DNA from: an uncultured Bacilli bacterium
GTDB taxonomy: Bacteria > Bacillota_I > Bacilli_A > RF39 > UBA660
Assembly: GCA_947624275.1 (NCBI GenBank)
Contig: CANQJR010000003.1
Location: forward strand, 1 to 53,610
Reading direction: 5' to 3'
Length of the DNA: 53,610 nt
The position numbers were made by a program, and so were the translations under genes. Under the pieces are notes generated by a model. The model ran no database searches, was not told the DNA's origin, and saw only the letters and a program-made list of their open reading frames with translations. Shown in pieces: positions 9,514-20,278 of the stretch. Positions within the stretch are counted from its first letter, which is position 1, and each line of letters opens with the position of its first letter.

Positions 9514-9816
9514 TTAACCTTTAATTGATTTGATTTCAACTTTGGTATATGGTTGTCTGTGTCCCATAGTGCGACGATTACTTCTATCCTTAGATTTGTA
9601 AGTGAAAATTCTTATTTTTTTACCCTTACCATTCTTTAAAATTTCGCCTTCGACAGAAGCACCTTTCAAATAAGGATTTCCAACTTTGTCATCACATACT
9701 AATACTTCGTTAAAGATAACTTTATCTCCAGCTTCACCATCTAATTTTTCAACGTAGATGATGTCACCTTCACTGACATAGTATTGTTTACCACCTGTTT
9801 TGATAACAGCTTTCAC
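9514..9816 (-). CDS. rplU: 50S ribosomal protein L21
   Basis: AVIKTGGKQY.V.EGD, GHRQPYTKVEI; GTG at 9816 fits RBS spacing better than ATG 9822. Confidence 0.97.
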   Translation of the reverse strand: MKAVIKTGGKQYYVSEGDIIYVEKLDGEAGDKVIFNEVLVCDDKVGNPYLKGASVEGEILKNGKGKKIRIFTYKSKDRSNRRTMGHRQPYTKVEIKSIKG

Positions 9817-9837
9817 GAACATTCCTCCTTTATATTG

Positions 9838-9908
9838 ATTCTAGACTCGCTTTTGAGGTAGCACGAATGCATTTAAACCTTTTCAATGCGGTTTGAGCTA
9901 TAAAGGCA
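9838..9908 (-). ncRNA. L21 ribosomal leader (cis-regulatory RNA); boundaries approximate
   Basis: Minus strand ACCGCA...AGGT...ACCT...GCGAGTCT pattern between the rplU promoter and RBS, matching my recollection of the Firmicutes L21 leader. Confidence 0.75.
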
Positions 9909-9920
9909 TCAAACATTTAG

Positions 9921-9949
9921 ATTTTATCATATTATTTGATATTAGTCAA
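9921..9949 (-). promoter_or_regulatory. SigA promoter of rplU-prp-rpmA
   Basis: TTGACT-17-TAAAAT with TG extension. Confidence 0.8.
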
Positions 9950-9992
9950 TAACATAATATAACATATCACATGAGAAAAAGGAGTCTATCTC

Positions 9993-10205
9993 CTAATTGA
10001 ATTTTTCCATTTGCTTCATTATTTGATTGATTTGTTTTTGGGAAGGTTTTCGACCCATTTGAAGCATCAAAGTCTTAATCATCTCTTCGTTTATTGGCGG
10101 ATTTTTCATTAAATAACTCGTCATTACTTTACGACAGATCAAAAAGCCAACGATTGCTCCAACGACTAAACCAATTACTAACCATAGAACATTTTGCCAA
10201 AACAT
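9993..10205 (-). CDS. yneF: YneF family (UPF0154) small membrane protein
   Basis: One TM then KNPPINEEMIK.LM.QMGRKPSQKQINQ. Confidence 0.93.
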   Translation of the reverse strand: MFWQNVLWLVIGLVVGAIVGFLICRKVMTSYLMKNPPINEEMIKTLMLQMGRKPSQKQINQIMKQMEKFN

Positions 10206-10249
10206 GTAACTATCATCTCCTCAAGAGTATTTTACTAAAAATTATATGT

Positions 10250-10675
10250 TTAGACAAGAGTTTTAATGCGGGATAAGAAAAAATAATCGTCATTTTGAAA
10301 ATCACATGCAAAAAGAAAAGATTTGTATTTGTTCAGTAGTTCAAAAAATTCGGTATAACTCTGAATGGTATTGATGACGATATGAGTATTTTTAATTTTC
10401 ATGATACTTATTTCTTCAGAATATAAATTGTTGATGATGTGTTCATCACGGTTTTGAGCGTAGCGCATTTTGTCTTTTAAATCTTGGTATATTTTACGGT
10501 CCAACTCATTTTTATTGATTGGCAAAGTCAATTGTTGAAAGAGTGTCAACCCATAATCGAGTTCTTTTTTATTCATTTCATATATTTCTAAAAAGATATT
10601 GTATAGAGCTCGAGGATAGTCTTTGTACAATTCGTATACTTCATCTCTAATGCTAAAAATATAATATATTCTCAT
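10250..10675 (-). CDS. sirA: Sporulation inhibitor of replication SirA family
   Basis: MRIYYIFSIRDEV N-terminus and FACDFQNDDYFFLS C-terminus; tkt-sirA-yneF order as in Bacillus. Confidence 0.78.
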   Translation of the reverse strand: MRIYYIFSIRDEVYELYKDYPRALYNIFLEIYEMNKKELDYGLTLFQQLTLPINKNELDRKIYQDLKDKMRYAQNRDEHIINNLYSEEISIMKIKNTHIVINTIQSYTEFFELLNKYKSFLFACDFQNDDYFFLSRIKTLV

Positions 10676-10734
10676 AATTATCACCCAGTTTTAGTATAGG
10701 TTGCCAGGTTCAAAAAAAATGTAGAAAAAAAGAA

Positions 10735-12708
10735 TTAATTCAATAATTCTTCTATTCGTTTGACAATGTGTTCACAGTCGTGTTTGTATTTCTTTAAAAT
10801 GTCTTCTCTCTTTCCACTCATGCCGAATTGATCAATTGTAAATAAGTGATCAGCATCTTTTACATATTGATGCCAAGAATATGAAGAAGATGATTCGATG
10901 ACGAATGTCTTATTCAAATCGGGAAGAATTTTTTGGCGATATGCTTTACTCTTGCGATTGAATAATTCAATTGATGGCATTGATACCAATCTGATGTCAT
11001 AACCCTTGCTATCGAGTTCTCTTTTTACTTCAGTGGCAATCATCATGTCTTCACCAGTGGAAATGATGATGGCATCACCCTTTTTTCTCTCTTTTTCCAA
11101 GATATAGGCTCCATTGATCACGTCATTGATATTGGTCGTCTTATTAATTAAAACTCGATTGCGACAGAGGACGATGGCTGCTGGTCGACGATTTTTTAAA
11201 ATGGCTTTATAGCTGCCAATAACTTCATTGCTGTCACATGGACGATAGACATCTAAATTGGGAATGCTGCGCAAAGAAATCAACTGTTCGACTGGTTGAT
11301 GCGTTGGCCCATCTTCTCCGACCATGATTGAGTCGTGAGTAAAGACGTATATGACTGGTAAATCCATCATTGCGGTCATTCTAATAGCGGGTTTTAAGTA
11401 ATCAGAAAATGATAAAAAAGTTGATACAAAAGGAGTTATTCCCGTCAAGGCAATACCATTGGCCACTGCTCCCATGGCATGTTCTCTTATTCCGAAGTCG
11501 ATATTGCGCCCCATTGGCGAGCGATTGGAAAAATTACTCGTGCTGATGATTCGCGCATTGGTCGACTTACTGACATCAGCACTACCACCGATCAAAAATG
11601 GATATTCGTCACTGATGGCATTGAGCACTTTACCACTGGAAACGCGCGTTGCTTCTTGCAAGTCAGCGGGCATTTCATAACTGAAATTTTTCAATTCGAT
11701 ACTCTTTTTATTATTTTGAAGATCAACGAGTTCTCTTCGCATCTCTTCAGTCATTTTTGCACATTTTTTTTGCCAATTGGCATACTCTTTCTCACAACGA
11801 GTTTTTACTTTATCACGAAACATATCTATAGAATCAGCACTCGGTTGAAATGGTTGTAAGCGCAAGTCCAAACGCTTTTTTAATTGCGCGATGTCTTCTC
11901 TATCGAGTGGTGAACCGTGGACCATCGATGAACCTTGATTCAATGAATATTTGCCAATAGTAGTTCTAATTTCGATGATAGTTGGTCCATTCATCTGTTT
12001 AGCTCTTTCAATGGCACTATCGATGTCATTTGTATTTTCTCCATTTTCGACTTGTAAATAATGCCATCCTTGGGCTTCAAATCTATTTTTGATATCTTCA
12101 TTAAAAGAATTTTCTAATTTGCCATCAAGTGTTATTCCATTGCTGTCAAAGAGAACTATCAATTTGTTCAAACCGAGATGTCCAGCTAAAGAGCAAGCTT
12201 CATAGCTAACTCCTTCCATCAAGTCCCCTTCACTAGCCAAGACGTAAGTATGATAATTTATGATGTCTTTTCCGAAATAGTTTTCGAGATATCTTTCCCC
12301 AATAGCCATTCCGACGGCCATACTTATTCCTTGACCTAAAGGACCAGTTGAAACATCTACTCCTGGAGTAACGCCTAACTCGGGATGTCCTGGTGTGATG
12401 GAACCGATTTGACGGAATTTCTTTAAATCGTTTAACGTGATGTCAAACCCAGCCATGTATAAAGTAGCATAAAGTAAACTTGAGCCATGACCACAGGACA
12501 TGACGAAGCGATCACGATTGATCCACTTATCATCTTTGGGATTAAATTTGAGATGGTTCATATATAGATCAATCAAGATTGGTGCTGCTCCTAAGGCAAT
12601 GCCAGGATGACCACTTTGAGCTTCATCGATCATATCAATGGCTAAACCTCTAGCATTATCTATGATCTGTTTTGGAATAGAATTGTTTTCTCTTTTAAAA
12701 TTGCGCAT
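10735..12708 (-). CDS. tkt: Transketolase
   Basis: SGHPG, NRDRFVMSCGHGS, TPGHPE, TGPLGQG, FGIREHAM, THDSIMVGEDGPTHQPVEQ. Confidence 0.97.
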   Translation of the reverse strand: MRNFKRENNSIPKQIIDNARGLAIDMIDEAQSGHPGIALGAAPILIDLYMNHLKFNPKDDKWINRDRFVMSCGHGSSLLYATLYMAGFDITLNDLKKFRQIGSITPGHPELGVTPGVDVSTGPLGQGISMAVGMAIGERYLENYFGKDIINYHTYVLASEGDLMEGVSYEACSLAGHLGLNKLIVLFDSNGITLDGKLENSFNEDIKNRFEAQGWHYLQVENGENTNDIDSAIERAKQMNGPTIIEIRTTIGKYSLNQGSSMVHGSPLDREDIAQLKKRLDLRLQPFQPSADSIDMFRDKVKTRCEKEYANWQKKCAKMTEEMRRELVDLQNNKKSIELKNFSYEMPADLQEATRVSSGKVLNAISDEYPFLIGGSADVSKSTNARIISTSNFSNRSPMGRNIDFGIREHAMGAVANGIALTGITPFVSTFLSFSDYLKPAIRMTAMMDLPVIYVFTHDSIMVGEDGPTHQPVEQLISLRSIPNLDVYRPCDSNEVIGSYKAILKNRRPAAIVLCRNRVLINKTTNINDVINGAYILEKERKKGDAIIISTGEDMMIATEVKRELDSKGYDIRLVSMPSIELFNRKSKAYRQKILPDLNKTFVIESSSSYSWHQYVKDADHLFTIDQFGMSGKREDILKKYKHDCEHIVKRIEELLN

Positions 12709-12728
12709 AAATTCACCTCACCAATATT

Positions 12729-13529
12729 TTAATTATCATCAATGTAATCTAAAGCATATTTGACGCCATCTTCATCATTTGTTTTAGTGATGAAATCAGC
12801 TTTCTCTTTCAATTCGTCACAAGCATTTCCCATAGCTATTTTTAAGGCGACGCTATCAAACATCGAAATGTCATTGATCGAATCCCCAATTGCAACGCAC
12901 TCTTCTCTACTAGCGTTCATCATTTTTAAAAAATTTCTGATGGCCATTCCCTTATCATTATCGATATTGATGATATCACAAGAATAATTTTTCGAATGGG
13001 TATCATTTATCATATCACTCATATAAGCAATTTGGCAATTATTAAATAACTTGATATCTTCACTCATCTTTTCGATCTTTTTTATATCATCAGTACTTAT
13101 GACTATTTGACTTATTAAAACATCTCGTAAATCTTCGATCACTTCGATTATTTTATATTTGTTTAAATTCTTCTTCTTTAAAAAAATGTTTCCATAACGA
13201 CACATTTCACCATTGAATATTAGACCAATTCTTCTTTTCTCGGCATATTTAAAGATACTCTTGATGACATCATAAGGCATTTTTTGAAAATAGAGATTCT
13301 TTTCACCATCTTTATCATAGATCATCGTCCCATTAGAAGAAATTAGATACCTACCACAGTGATAACGATTGGTCAAATCGATTAAATAATCATTGCTACG
13401 GCCAGAACAAAAAATGATCTGCATCCCTTTTTGCTCCATCTTTTCGATTGCTTGTAAAACGGGCTTAGAAATTTCTTTTTGAAAATTGGTAAGCGTTCCA
13501 TCAATATCAATAAATAAATATTTAAACAT
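12729..13529 (-). CDS. Cof-type HAD-IIB hydrolase
   Basis: DIDGTL, CSGR, SNG, KG.AI, GDSINDISMF, AMGNA, NDEDGV. Confidence 0.93.
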   Translation of the reverse strand: MFKYLFIDIDGTLTNFQKEISKPVLQAIEKMEQKGMQIIFCSGRSNDYLIDLTNRYHCGRYLISSNGTMIYDKDGEKNLYFQKMPYDVIKSIFKYAEKRRIGLIFNGEMCRYGNIFLKKKNLNKYKIIEVIEDLRDVLISQIVISTDDIKKIEKMSEDIKLFNNCQIAYMSDMINDTHSKNYSCDIINIDNDKGMAIRNFLKMMNASREECVAIGDSINDISMFDSVALKIAMGNACDELKEKADFITKTNDEDGVKYALDYIDDN

Positions 13530-13558
13530 AAAATTCTCCTAAAAATAGGCCCAAAAGC

Positions 13559-14557
13559 CTATTTCAATAAATCTATTTCCGTTAGATAATAACCTGTATC
13601 AGCCCATTTATAAGTGTAACGATATGTATTAGCTGAAGACATGTAATTTGTATTGTCATTTGTTTGGTCAAGTTTAGTAATCAATGTTTTAAAATTAGAA
13701 TCTTTATAGATGCCATTTTTATTGATGAAGACAACTTTGATATCGATGTATAAGTCATCATCTTCTTTCGTAGCTGAAACATATGATTGTTCAACTAATT
13801 GTTTGACATCGCTTTGGCCATTAAAACATTTAACGATATAGCCATCTTTTTGCCAAGTGAAATTGACACTGGCTTTGAATTCACTATCTTCATAGTAATA
13901 ATAGATAAAGTTTTCATATTTAGAAAGACTGGTATGAAATTTTCTATTCAATATATCATTTATTTCCAAATTAGTTATTTTGATATTAGAACTACAAATA
14001 TCTACATCTTTAATCTTTTCTTTGAACAAGTCTTTGAAATCTTGAGTTTTCGTCAATAAAAGCAACTTGTTTTGATCAGATAATTTATCAATGACATTTT
14101 TATCATTTTTATAAATAGCAATTATATCATAACCATATGAATCAGCTACGCGATATATATTTTCATTTAGTAATTGTTTTAATTCTTTATTAGTATTAGG
14201 AATTTGGCCATCTTCTAAGTCTTTAATTGCTACTTCATCATAATCGATATCATTTTCTTCAACGATTGGTTTTTCCGGTTCTTTATCCATTTTTTCATCC
14301 CCACCGAAAGGATTAAAAATTAGTATGATGACTAGAATGATCAAAGCGATGCCAATCAATACTAAAAGAATGAATAATTTCTTGCGCACTTCTTTTTTTT
14401 CTTCTTCAGTCAAAGGTATTTTTTCTTCTTTTTCTTCGATTGGAGCAAATTCACCATCATTCAAATTATAAATATCATCATTATCAAAAATTTTGCGATT
14501 GGGGTCATTAATCATCTTAGAATTTTCTTGCCATTTCTTTTCTTTATCACTTTTCAT
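13559..14557 (-). CDS. Hypothetical single-TM membrane-anchored protein
   Basis: Charged N-terminus, one TM (LFILLVLIGIALIILVIILIF), large C-terminal domain; RBS GGGAGG and TGCTATAAT upstream. Confidence 0.8.
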   Translation of the reverse strand: MKSDKEKKWQENSKMINDPNRKIFDNDDIYNLNDGEFAPIEEKEEKIPLTEEEKKEVRKKLFILLVLIGIALIILVIILIFNPFGGDEKMDKEPEKPIVEENDIDYDEVAIKDLEDGQIPNTNKELKQLLNENIYRVADSYGYDIIAIYKNDKNVIDKLSDQNKLLLLTKTQDFKDLFKEKIKDVDICSSNIKITNLEINDILNRKFHTSLSKYENFIYYYYEDSEFKASVNFTWQKDGYIVKCFNGQSDVKQLVEQSYVSATKEDDDLYIDIKVVFINKNGIYKDSNFKTLITKLDQTNDNTNYMSSANTYRYTYKWADTGYYLTEIDLLK

Positions 14558-14609
14558 ATAGCCTCCCATTTTATACTTACATTATAGCATTGATATCAAG
14601 GATTGACAA

Positions 14610-15143
14610 TTAATTTAGGTCTAAATCGTCAATGCTTACTAAATAATTTATTTCATCATCAGTCAAAAGAATATTTAAAATGACGAAAGCATCCGCCAAA
14701 AGGCCATGTTCTTGTTCAATCAATTTTTGACAGGCCTTATAAGTGCCACCAGTGGCATATACATCATCGACAAAAATGCAGCGTTTTCCCGTTATATCAA
14801 CCTGAGGTAAAACGAGATCAATATGAGAATACTCAGTTGTATCACTCGTTTTTGCCATGACAAAACTGTCAGGAATTTTTCCCTGTTTGCGAACGGGAAT
14901 GAGAGGTTTGTGCATCAAGGCTGCCAAATAACTTCCCCATATGAACCCACGAGCATCGGGAGATACGATATAATCGATATCACCACATTTAGCAAGGATT
15001 TTTTTCTTGAGATTTAAACAGATCTCATAAAATTTATCGGCATCGTTTAAAGATGGAGTTAAATCGACAAAGTTAACTCCTTCAATTGGCCAATCTTTTT
15101 GAATGCGATACAAAATATTATTTACTTCCTTTATTTCTATCAT
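14610..15143 (-). CDS. apt: Adenine phosphoribosyltransferase (start uncertain, 15143-15182)
   Basis: DWPIEGVNFVDLT, DARGFIWG, VRKQGKIP, TEYS, PRPP loop VDDVYATGGT. Confidence 0.85.
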   Translation of the reverse strand: MIEIKEVNNILYRIQKDWPIEGVNFVDLTPSLNDADKFYEICLNLKKKILAKCGDIDYIVSPDARGFIWGSYLAALMHKPLIPVRKQGKIPDSFVMAKTSDTTEYSHIDLVLPQVDITGKRCIFVDDVYATGGTYKACQKLIEQEHGLLADAFVILNILLTDDEINYLVSIDDLDLN

Positions 15144-16047
15144 TTCTTTTAACTGTGCTCCTTCCCTTTTCTTTTCCACCACTTATTTTAATCGGATTGA
15201 CATGTATGACAGTCAAATATATTTCATCAATTTTATTAGTTATCTCTTTTTCTAAATTGTCCGCTATCGCATGACTATCAAAAGTCGATAAATTGCCATC
15301 GACAAAAATCGTTAAAGAAATTTGATATTGATATCCGACAGGAGTTGAGTTGAAATGCGTGATCTTTTTAATTTCATCATGACTTTTGACGATATCTAAT
15401 ACTTTTTGTCGACTTTCAAAAGAAATCGATTTATCCATTAGAACGTTGTAACTGTCAATGAATATTTTTATTGAAGTATAGATGATCCAAACCGATATAC
15501 CCAAACCGACGATTCCGTCTAAAAAGTAAATATTCCAAAGAGCTAAAAGACAAGAAAGCAGATTGAAAGTCGTCAAAATACAGTCGTTGCGATGATCATA
15601 AGAATTGGATTTGATCAAGAGATTATTGTATTTTTTAGACAATTTATTGGTGTAGATGAATAGACTCAATTTGACAATGATGGTGACTAGACAAACGATG
15701 ATTAACCAAAAAGAAAATTGATATGTATTTTGATGAATGAGGGCTAATAATGAATTATTAAAAATTTTTAGAGCCATCAAAATCATTGCTATACTGATCA
15801 ACATGGAATAAATGTATTCGGCTTTACCATGACCGAGATTGTGGTCCTCATCTGAAGGCTTACTAGCTATTTTATTTCCTATGTAAGTCATTACTGATGA
15901 GACGATGTCACCAGCGCTATTGAAACTGTCAGCAATCATGGCTTGACTATTGGTGACCAAACCTATGGCTCCTTTGATTATCAATAGAAAAATATTACCA
16001 AATATTCCTAATATACTAGCTATTTTAATACTACTATAACGATTCAT
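15118..16047 (-). CDS. Cation diffusion facilitator (FieF-like) transporter
   Basis: SQAMIADSFNSAGD, KPSDEDHNLGHGKAEY, DHRND, C-terminal SHAIA...IHVNP. Confidence 0.92.
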   Translation of the reverse strand: MNRYSSIKIASILGIFGNIFLLIIKGAIGLVTNSQAMIADSFNSAGDIVSSVMTYIGNKIASKPSDEDHNLGHGKAEYIYSMLISIAMILMALKIFNNSLLALIHQNTYQFSFWLIIVCLVTIIVKLSLFIYTNKLSKKYNNLLIKSNSYDHRNDCILTTFNLLSCLLALWNIYFLDGIVGLGISVWIIYTSIKIFIDSYNVLMDKSISFESRQKVLDIVKSHDEIKKITHFNSTPVGYQYQISLTIFVDGNLSTFDSHAIADNLEKEITNKIDEIYLTVIHVNPIKISGGKEKGRSTVKRNDRNKGSK

Positions 16048-16051
16048 ACTG

Positions 16052-16354
16052 TCAACTCCTATTTGTATCTATTCTTTTGATTCTTTTTTTGACCAAGGCG
16101 ATAAGTTCAAGAGATGCATCTATTTTATATAGAACTAGAAGAGCATCTTGCAGTTTTGTCTTTAGAGACATCTTTTCTTCTATTTCTAAAGCTTTATGGC
16201 GATAATCGAAATTGGGAATGGGATTATTGTCCAAAAAATCTTTTAAATAATTTTCAATATCTTTTAAAACATAAACTTTTAAGGGATATTCATCCATTTC
16301 CCTAACTCCATAATAAGCACCGACGATGTATTTGAATTGATCTTCTAGTTGCAT
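16052..16354 (-). CDS. Hypothetical protein
   Basis: About 100 aa; RBS GAGGTGA before ATG 16354; 4 nt upstream of the CDF gene. Confidence 0.7.
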   Translation of the reverse strand: MQLEDQFKYIVGAYYGVREMDEYPLKVYVLKDIENYLKDFLDNNPIPNFDYRHKALEIEEKMSLKTKLQDALLVLYKIDASLELIALVKKRIKRIDTNRS

Positions 16355-16437
16355 ATTATTCACCTCATATTTTCTATTATAATTTATTTTTTGAAAGTTT
16401 GATAGTATAACTTATGCATTATCATAAATTTATCCAT

Positions 16438-16469
16438 AAAAAAATGATATCAAATGATATCACTTTTTT
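16438..16469 (-). terminator. Intrinsic terminator after the zinc dehydrogenase
   Basis: TGATATCA inverted repeat flanked by A and T runs. Confidence 0.65.
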
Positions 16470-16471
16470 CA

Positions 16472-17497
16472 TTATTTATTTGGATCAACAATGATTTTTA
16501 TAGCATCACTAGTACCAGAAGTCAATTTTTCATATGATGCTTGTACATCCTCTAATCCTACGACACTATCAATGAATTTAGTTACTTCGATCTGTTTATT
16601 AGCCATCAAATTAACACATGTTACGAATTCTTCCTTCGTATAAGCAATTGCTCCTTGTAAAGTCAATTCATGCATGACAGCAATAGTCGTTGGAATAGTT
16701 ATCGCTTCGAGAGAAACACCTACTAGGACAACTGTTCCTCCTGTTTTAACAGTAGTGAGAGCACTAGTTACAGCTGGAGCATTACCACAACATTCAATTA
16801 TTTTATCAAAACCATCACCCGTTTTAGCCATGACATTTTCCATGAACTTTGGATCAGTGGCATCTAACCACTCATCAGCTACTCCAAGAGCAACAGATTT
16901 TTCACCACGAGCGCGATTAGTTTCTGAAACGACTACTAAACTTGCGCCTTCCATTTTGGCAAACATGGCAGAGACGAGACCGATGATACCTCCACCGATG
17001 ACTAAGACTTTTTCCCCTACTTTGATATCGGCAAGTCTTACGGCATGAAGTCCAACAGCCGTTGGTTCAACCATAGCTGCTTCTTCATCAGTTACGTTAT
17101 CTGGCAACTTGACAACCATATCTGAACGCGTAGCTAGACGTGGAGCAAGTCCTCCTGGATTAGTCAAAGCAAGTCCTGTAGCTTGATCCCATGTATGAAT
17201 GCAGTATTGAGGATTACCAGAAAGGCAAGCATGACATTTTAGACAAGGAGAAATTGGTAATGCGGTTACGCGATCTCCTACTTTTAAATCAGCTCTATCA
17301 CCTGGATCTCTTACTACTCCAGCAAATTCATGTCCCATGACGAGACCAACTGGTCCTCCAGCTACCCAATAGTGAATATCAGATCCACAAATACCAGTCT
17401 TTTTGACATCAATAATGACTTTTTTGCCATCGCTAACTGGTTCAGCGATTTCTTTAATTTCAAATTCTTTTACACCTTTTATTGCGACACTTCTCAT
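16472..17497 (-). CDS. Zinc-binding medium-chain alcohol dehydrogenase (butanediol/sorbitol DH-like)
   Basis: GICGSDIH, GHEFAG, CLKCHAC...C structural Zn site, GGGIIG Rossmann motif. Confidence 0.93.
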   Translation of the reverse strand: MRSVAIKGVKEFEIKEIAEPVSDGKKVIIDVKKTGICGSDIHYWVAGGPVGLVMGHEFAGVVRDPGDRADLKVGDRVTALPISPCLKCHACLSGNPQYCIHTWDQATGLALTNPGGLAPRLATRSDMVVKLPDNVTDEEAAMVEPTAVGLHAVRLADIKVGEKVLVIGGGIIGLVSAMFAKMEGASLVVVSETNRARGEKSVALGVADEWLDATDPKFMENVMAKTGDGFDKIIECCGNAPAVTSALTTVKTGGTVVLVGVSLEAITIPTTIAVMHELTLQGAIAYTKEEFVTCVNLMANKQIEVTKFIDSVVGLEDVQASYEKLTSGTSDAIKIIVDPNK

Positions 17498-17661
17498 ATT
17501 TTCCTCCTATTAAAGATTTACTATCTTTCAATTATTATTTTAAACCAAACATCATCTTTAATTCAATAAATTAGTATGTCATTTGACGTAACTTGTCATA
17601 ATTAGTCAATGAGTTATAAAAAATTAAAAAATGAATAAGATAATATTGGTGAGAAATAAAA

Positions 17662-18117
17662 ATGAGAAAATTAAAAAGTGCCTTTTATTTATTACTGCCA
17701 ATTATCCTTGGCAGTTTAGTTGGATTCTTCATTTCTAAAGACATCGATTACGTATCCCTAAATTTACCTTTATTAGCACCACCTAAAATCGTTTTTCCAA
17801 TTGCTTGGAGCATTATTTACGTATTGATGGGAATATCATATTATCTATTTAAAAGAGAATTCCCAGAACCAACTTTTAAAGAGAGTTTCATCTATTATTT
17901 ACAATTGTTCTTCAATTTATTATGGTCAATCATCTTTTTCACTTTTAAAGCTCGTTTACTAGCCATCTTTTGGATCATAATATTAGATGTATTAGTCATG
18001 TATATGTTATATTTGTTCTTTCGCAAAAAAAAGATATCTTTCTATCTCAACATCATTTATATGATATGGATTCTATTTGCGACATATTTGACTATTGGTA
18101 TCTATCTTCTAAATTAA
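17662..18117 (+). CDS. tspO: TspO/MBR tryptophan-rich sensory protein
   Basis: PLLAPPKIVFPIAWSIIYVLMGIS, YYLQLFFNLLWSIIFF, YMIWILFATYL. Confidence 0.92.
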   Translation: MRKLKSAFYLLLPIILGSLVGFFISKDIDYVSLNLPLLAPPKIVFPIAWSIIYVLMGISYYLFKREFPEPTFKESFIYYLQLFFNLLWSIIFFTFKARLLAIFWIIILDVLVMYMLYLFFRKKKISFYLNIIYMIWILFATYLTIGIYLLN

Positions 18118-18128
18118 AACAGAGTTAA

Positions 18129-18794
18129 CTAATAACTCTGTCTTTTATTGTTGCGATAAAACTCGCGTCTTTTGACCAATTTTTTATTGACTTGGCCTAG
18201 AGATGCCTCTTTTTCTAACATGGCCATTTCTTCGTTAAATATTTCTTTTTGTATTGCCGGAGTCATGGCGACTTGTTCTTCTTTTGAAGTGTTTTTAATC
18301 GTCGTATAAGCAAAGCGATAACTCAATTTTTCTTGTTCTTTTTCTAAGGTGTGTAATTTATTAAGACGATTGTTCAAACACTTTTTATTTTTTATTCGAT
18401 CAGCTTTTAATTGTTTTATTTTTGCTGTCTGTTTTTTATTCAATAATTCACGCCAAGTATGGCCAAAATAATATTTGTCAACCATACCCATTCCCATTAG
18501 CGCTACACTGGATAAACATCCTAAGAAAAAAGAATACATGTTAAATTGGATGATGTTTAGGATAATACAACCAATCATCAATAAATAGAACATATCGAAT
18601 AAACCGCGCAGAACAAAACTTTTGTTATTAGCTGAATTGATCTTCATAAGGCGTGAAATATTAGTATTTAAATTCTTATCTTTAATCTTGATATTATTTA
18701 TTTCTTTTAATAAATCATCCATTTCATATTGTTTTATCTCTAAATCTTGTCTGACCATATCATTTTCGATATTGTATCCATCAACAGTAGTCAT
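18129..18794 (-). CDS. Hypothetical protein with two TMs flanked by coiled-coil-like segments (start 18794-18806)
   Basis: About 220 aa ORF filling the tspO-purA gap; hydrophobic hairpin; basic C-terminal tail. Confidence 0.7.
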   Translation of the reverse strand: MTTVDGYNIENDMVRQDLEIKQYEMDDLLKEINNIKIKDKNLNTNISRLMKINSANNKSFVLRGLFDMFYLLMIGCIILNIIQFNMYSFFLGCLSSVALMGMGMVDKYYFGHTWRELLNKKQTAKIKQLKADRIKNKKCLNNRLNKLHTLEKEQEKLSYRFAYTTIKNTSKEEQVAMTPAIQKEIFNEEMAMLEKEASLGQVNKKLVKRREFYRNNKRQSY

Positions 18795-18838
18795 TTTCAT
18801 CACCAAGAGTTATTGTAACACTAAATTATGATTAATAA

Positions 18839-20170
<1,332 letters not shown>

Positions 20171-20183
20171 TGATTAATCAAAT

Positions 20184-20216
20184 AAAACGTTATGCCCATT
20201 TGAACATAACGTTTTT
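20184..20216 (+). terminator. Intrinsic terminator after purA, probably bidirectional
   Basis: AAAACGTTATG-N10-CATAACGTTTT(T). Confidence 0.8.
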
Positions 20217-20278
20217 AATTTTTGAGAAAGTATACTATTAATATATAGATGATACATATCATTAGAAGTATGTAATTT

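Noticed and set aside
16430-16438. DnaA-box-like TTATCCATA
   Set aside because: Single mismatched copy with no box cluster or dnaA context
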